From IMG/VR virus record IMGVR_UViG_3300049208_000023, positions 1-24,846 of that record: 24,846 nt of DNA. The stretch is one strand, 5' to 3'. The DNA comes from a virus (lineage: Duplodnaviria; Caudoviricetes). Within the stretch, counting starts at the first letter, position 1. Each line of letters opens with the position of its first letter. The notes beneath the pieces were generated by a model. That model searched no databases. It was not told the DNA's origin and saw only the letters and a list, made by a program, of their open reading frames with translations. Positions 21,406 through 24,846 of this stretch are shown one piece after another. A program made the position numbers and the translations under genes.

Positions 21406-22183
21406 TCAAGATATGGATGTGCAGATAGCAACTGCTGTTTGCGAAAAGCACGGCGAGTTTGAACAGAAATCTTTCCAGATACCGATGTTCAAGCGGCGCA
21501 CACTTTCGCGCTGCCCTACCTGTGAAGCAGAGCAGAAAGCGGCAGACGAAGAAAGCGCACGCCGCCAAGCCGAACTTATCCGACAGATCAGACTTCATGA
21601 AAAGCTCGGCTCTGCTGCTGTGCCTAAGCGGTTTGAAGGTAAGCGCTTTGCTGATTACCAGTGCGATACGCCAGAGAAAACGGCGGCGCTGGAAAAGTGC
21701 ATGGCATATGCTGATAACTTCAAGGATAACTTTCAGGCTGGCCGTAACCTGATCTTGATTGGCTCTCCAGGCACTGGCAAAACCCACCTAGGCACGTCAA
21801 TTGCCAACCGCTTAAACCACAACACGGGTCACACGGCCGCATATCGCACGATTGGAGGCGTTCTACAGGCGATTAAAGAGACTTTCAACGGCGATGGGCG
21901 CGAGAGTGAGGGCAGTATAATTGCCGGCCTTACAAGCGTTGATTTGCTTGTTCTGGATGAAATCGGCGCGACCCGAGAAATGCCGAGCGACTTTGAGCTA
22001 TCGACCATCTTCGCAATCATCAATGGCCGCTACGAGCAGCAGCTACCAACCGTAATAATTTCCAACTTGTCAGCCGAGGCGCTTACTCAGGCTATGGGTG
22101 ATCGTTGCGTGGATCGTCTGCGCGAAGGTTCGCCGGTAGTGGTTCAGTTCAAGTGGGAGTCAGCGCGCCGAGGTATCCAGTGA
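21386..22183 (+). CDS. DnaC/IstB-like AAA+ helicase loader (start 21386 or 21413)
   Basis: N-terminal CEKH...CPTC, Walker A GSPGTGKT, Walker B LLVLDEIG, 'IINGRYE', 'PTVIISNL' and 'DRLRE'. Confidence 0.92.
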   Translation: MAPLDSNQDMDVQIATAVCEKHGEFEQKSFQIPMFKRRTLSRCPTCEAEQKAADEESARRQAELIRQIRLHEKLGSAAVPKRFEGKRFADYQCDTPEKTAALEKCMAYADNFKDNFQAGRNLILIGSPGTGKTHLGTSIANRLNHNTGHTAAYRTIGGVLQAIKETFNGDGRESEGSIIAGLTSVDLLVLDEIGATREMPSDFELSTIFAIINGRYEQQLPTVIISNLSAEALTQAMGDRCVDRLREGSPVVVQFKWESARRGIQ

Positions 22184-22386
22184 ACTGGTCTAGAAAGTCC
22201 GCCTACGTCATGACTGGCGAGCACGGATATGCCGTCGCCAAGTTCCAGCTAGGCGACCAAGCCAGATACCGGGCAAGCTTGGGCGGCAAGTTTCTAGGCG
22301 CTGTACAGGATAGCTTTGAGTTGGCAGCGCAGATTTGTGAAAACCACTTGGCAATTGTTGGGGATAACTGGGAGCAAGAAGAATGA
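22180..22386 (+). CDS. Hypothetical protein
   Basis: GTGA overlap and GAGG RBS. 68 aa. Confidence 0.65.
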   Translation: MNWSRKSAYVMTGEHGYAVAKFQLGDQARYRASLGGKFLGAVQDSFELAAQICENHLAIVGDNWEQEE

Positions 22387-22574
22387 AAGCAAGTATGGAT
22401 TCAAACGGCGTAATCACGATCAAGGCAGAGACTCCGATGGAGCAATATGTGCTTGGTCTTTGGGCGGATAAAGCTTTGATCAAGGTCGATGATCATCGGC
22501 GGATGGAAGAGTTCTATTTTCGATCTTCACTTCTGATCATCGATCATAGCGACCCGGAGAATGGCGATGAATAA
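22383..22574 (+). CDS. Hypothetical protein
   Basis: 63 aa with ATGA overlap. Confidence 0.65.
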   Translation: MKASMDSNGVITIKAETPMEQYVLGLWADKALIKVDDHRRMEEFYFRSSLLIIDHSDPENGDE

Positions 22575-22983
22575 GTTCGTAAAGGCGCTGGCAAGGCATG
22601 AGCTGGCCGTAAATGGTCTGGCTGCCGCGACAAGCGCAATCGGCAATGAACTGGCGAAGTGCCCAATACAGGTTGAGCTGGACAGGTTGCTTGGCCTGCA
22701 ATGGAATGGCGAAAGCTATTCAGAGGCTGACAAGCTGCGCGATAACCAATACCGAACAAAGACCCATTTGTGGCGCGCATTTAGCGGCGATGGCCAAGAT
22801 CGTCTTGATGACGACGAAATAACCGAGTATCTGGCCGACGATGAAACCGGATGCCCGCGCTGTGCTCGAGCCTGGGAGCTGATCCACGAACGCAAGAAGG
22901 CGCGGCAGGAACTTGGCGTTGCGCGCCGACTGATCCGCTACTACGGAAAGCAGGCGCTGCTGATGGCGGAGGATGATCAATGA
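22567..22983 (+). CDS. Hypothetical protein (start 22561 or 22567)
   Basis: About 139 aa with GGAG RBS and a CPRC motif. Confidence 0.75.
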   Translation: MNKFVKALARHELAVNGLAAATSAIGNELAKCPIQVELDRLLGLQWNGESYSEADKLRDNQYRTKTHLWRAFSGDGQDRLDDDEITEYLADDETGCPRCARAWELIHERKKARQELGVARRLIRYYGKQALLMAEDDQ

Positions 22984-23141
22984 CTTTGGAGCAACGAATT
23001 ACAGTATCCAAGCTGCGCGCAGAAGGCTTCACCCAATGCGAGGATCAATCACAAAGCCTAGTGATCATGGTTCGCGGCAATGACAGGCGCGTTGTTTGGC
23101 TGGATGGCAGCCAACACAGGGCGATGGGCGCAAAAAAATAG
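22980..23141 (+). CDS. 53-aa hypothetical protein (not in ORF track)
   Basis: MTLEQRITVSKLRAEGFTQCEDQSQSLVIMVRGNDRRVVWLDGSQHRAMGAKK. GGAGG RBS and ATGA overlap. Confidence 0.7.
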   Translation: MTLEQRITVSKLRAEGFTQCEDQSQSLVIMVRGNDRRVVWLDGSQHRAMGAKK

Positions 23142-23142
23142 T

Positions 23143-23180
23143 TTGCGCCATGGCGAGCGGCTGCATATACTGCAATGGCA
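23143..23180 (+). promoter_or_regulatory. Sigma70-type promoter with paired operator-like sites
   Basis: TTGCGC-17 nt-TATACT with an A-tract upstream. GCCATGGC at 23147-23154 and GCAATGGC at 23172-23179. Confidence 0.75.
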
Positions 23181-23202
23181 AACAATCAAAGGAGGCATGT
23201 GT

Positions 23203-23502
23203 ATGACTCACCTAAGCTGGAGTGTTTTGATGCTGGCTGGCTACTTGGTAGCTGGTGTGCTGCTGGTAGCGTGGTTCTGGAAGAAAAAGAAAGTCACTGC
23301 AAAGCAAGCTGCTATTTGCCTGTCATGCTATGTGGCAGTCATTGGCTTTCTGGCCTTCGACGTTGGAACTCGCCAGCAAGACTTGCAGCGCAGCAGCTTC
23401 GACGCGCAAGCACCAGAGGCTCAAGGCAAAGTCATTCGCGAGACAATGGATCGCGCCGCAGTAAAACAATCTTTCGAAGAATCGGTTAAGGACTCAAAAT
23501 GA
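23203..23502 (+). CDS. Two-TM membrane protein
   Basis: AGGAGG RBS. Two hydrophobic helices separated by KKKK. Coupled (ATGA) to the SPFH gene. Confidence 0.75.
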   Translation: MTHLSWSVLMLAGYLVAGVLLVAWFWKKKKVTAKQAAICLSCYVAVIGFLAFDVGTRQQDLQRSSFDAQAPEAQGKVIRETMDRAAVKQSFEESVKDSK

Positions 23503-24350
23503 AAAACCTGAAAATTCTGGCAGTAGCTTTGATGATCGCCGCGCTGACTGGTTGCGGTTATTACACCGTGCCACCCGCGAGCAAGGGGAAAATCCTTTCC
23601 ACTACCGGCTATTCCGCTGACGTGAAAGAGACTGGCAAATACCTGCTTTGGGGGCGTGACGAAATGGTAGTGCTGGATACTTCCACGCAGACCATGGCCG
23701 AAAGCGTCAGCGTCAAGATGCAGGACAACATGACGCTGGATTTTCAAGTGCGATTCCGTACCCGTATCGCCGGCAATGACAAAGTGATCAACGCGATGTT
23801 TAACGACATCACGCACGAAAACTACGTTGTTGCGCTGCCTCGCGTTTACTCGGTATACGGCAAGGACGTTGTGCAGTCTGTGGCCCGTTCGGTTGTGGGA
23901 AAGTACAAGACCGAAGACGTTGGCGTGAACTTTGATCAGATCACCGCCGACCTGCATGCTGAGCTTGTAAAGCGGATGGTTAACAGCCCGCTTGAGGTTA
24001 GCAACATCACGCTTGCCAACATCCAATACCCTGACGTAATCGTTAAAGCGATTGAAGCCCAGCAAGAGCGCAAACTGGCCATTGAAACCGAGGCCAACAA
24101 CCAAGCAGTCGAAATGGTCAAGAAAGAAAACGAGCTTGAGCTTGCTCAGGCCGACTATGAAATCCGCATGACCAAGGCCAAGGCTTTGCGTGATGAGAAC
24201 AAGACTACGGCAGAAGGCTTGAACAGCATGCTTCTGGAATACCGTCGCCTTGAGGTTCTGGAGTCTATGACCAAGAACAACAACGCGGTCTTTGTCCCGT
24301 ATGAAGGCTTGGGCAGCTCAGGCGTAAGCAATCGAATGTTCGCCAAGTGA
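23499..24350 (+). CDS. SPFH/band-7 (prohibitin-like) lipoprotein
   Basis: Lipobox 'ALTGC', 'VPPASKG', 'ARSVVGKY', 'ITLANIQYPDVIVKAIE' and a C-terminal coiled coil. Confidence 0.88.
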   Translation: MKNLKILAVALMIAALTGCGYYTVPPASKGKILSTTGYSADVKETGKYLLWGRDEMVVLDTSTQTMAESVSVKMQDNMTLDFQVRFRTRIAGNDKVINAMFNDITHENYVVALPRVYSVYGKDVVQSVARSVVGKYKTEDVGVNFDQITADLHAELVKRMVNSPLEVSNITLANIQYPDVIVKAIEAQQERKLAIETEANNQAVEMVKKENELELAQADYEIRMTKAKALRDENKTTAEGLNSMLLEYRRLEVLESMTKNNNAVFVPYEGLGSSGVSNRMFAK

Positions 24351-24355
24351 TGGCA

Positions 24356-24384
24356 GGCCCGCAGAAATGCGGGCTTTCTCTTTC
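24356..24384 (+). terminator. Intrinsic terminator
   Basis: GCCCGCA-GAAA-TGCGGGC followed by TTTCTCTTT. Confidence 0.8.
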
Positions 24385-24426
24385 TGCAATGGTAACGCTT
24401 GACGCCATTCGCCATTGCGCTACTAT
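24385..24426 (+). promoter_or_regulatory. Sigma70-type promoter with operator-like sites
   Basis: TTGACG-16 nt-TACTAT (24399-24426). GCAATGGT at 24386-24393 and GCCATTGC at 24411-24418. Confidence 0.65.
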
Positions 24427-24465
24427 GGGCGCAGGACAAACGAAACGGGCAAAGAGGTTTGAAAA

Positions 24466-24654
24466 ATGCTGATTGAGTGGGGCCTAAACGGCTACGGCGA
24501 AACGCACTGGGCAACTGAGATTCCTGCCGAACATTGCTCGCCAGGTCTTGAGGTTGGAATCATCGCGAAGCAGAAAGGTATTCAGGTTGGCAATGATCTG
24601 ATTACATGGGAAGAAATCGACAAGGCGCGCGAATTTCTGCGCAATGCGGACTGA
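24466..24654 (+). CDS. Hypothetical protein
   Basis: 62 aa with GAGG RBS. Confidence 0.65.
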   Translation: MLIEWGLNGYGETHWATEIPAEHCSPGLEVGIIAKQKGIQVGNDLITWEEIDKAREFLRNAD

Positions 24655-24661
24655 GGTTGAA

Positions 24662-24846
24662 ATGAAAGCACCAGAAATCCTAAAGGCCGCAGCAGGCCAC
24701 CTAAGCGACCGAGCCGCTACCTACGATAAGCCAGAAGGCGAACGCAGCATGGAAGCAACGGTTGACGCTTTCCTAGCCGTAACTGGCATCAAGGTAACGG
24801 AAGAGCAGGGCTGGCTATTTATGGCCCTACTAAAAGCAGTTCGCAG
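24662..24846 (+). CDS. DUF6378-like phage protein (3'-truncated)
   Basis: MKAPEILKAAAGHLSDRAATYDKPEGERSMEATVDAFLAVTGIKVTEEQGWLFMALLKAVR. GAGG RBS; runs off the window. Confidence 0.75.
   Translation, partial: MKAPEILKAAAGHLSDRAATYDKPEGERSMEATVDAFLAVTGIKVTEEQGWLFMALLKAVR

Noticed and set aside
5120-22710. Shorter CCATTGC/GCAATGG matches inside coding regions (near 5121, 6094, 12881, 16370, 19705, 22698)
   Set aside because: These are 7-mer partial matches without promoter context or a paired site, compatible with chance. They were not counted as operators.
21245-24514. Long antisense ORFs (21245-21787, 23421-24104, 24155-24514; likewise 562-1110, 2191-2709, 6827-7264, 11280-11780, 17298-17768)
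   Set aside because: They lie opposite well-supported genes and lack RBSs or recognisable motifs, consistent with shadow ORFs.

Overview
The window is a 24.8 kb segment of a tailed dsDNA phage or prophage with lambdoid/siphovirus-type modular organisation. A Pseudomonas-like gammaproteobacterial host is inferred from gene families and is not proven. From 1 to 3408 (+) lie the end of a probable tail-fibre gene, a transglutaminase-like Cys-His-Asp protein, a membrane protein and a complete lysis cassette (two holin-like genes, M15 endolysin, nested Rz/Rz1 spanins). From 3380 to 17074 (-) runs a long early/accessory arm of about 35 small genes. It includes an RlmN/Cfr-like radical SAM enzyme preceded by an unannotated Cys-rich micro-ORF, LytTR, Gp157 and Sak4-like ATPase genes, an acyl carrier protein, and a DUF6948-like gene coupled to a (Gly-D/S/Y)30 peptide. 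From 17212 to the end (+) are accessory genes, a Rha/KilAC antirepressor, a DUF1376 replication initiator with internal iterons, a DnaC-like loader, a membrane protein plus SPFH operon and a DUF6378-like gene. No integrase, cI/cro pair, tRNA or CRISPR array was seen. The most notable non-coding signals are a ~430 nt multi-helix RNA candidate with a C4/CI-like switch (13040-13460), a second ~200 nt structured RNA candidate (14790-14985), and a quasi-palindromic YGC(C/A)AT(T/G)GCR motif embedded in almost every predicted promoter. All family assignments come from motif recognition by eye; no searches or folding computations were run.
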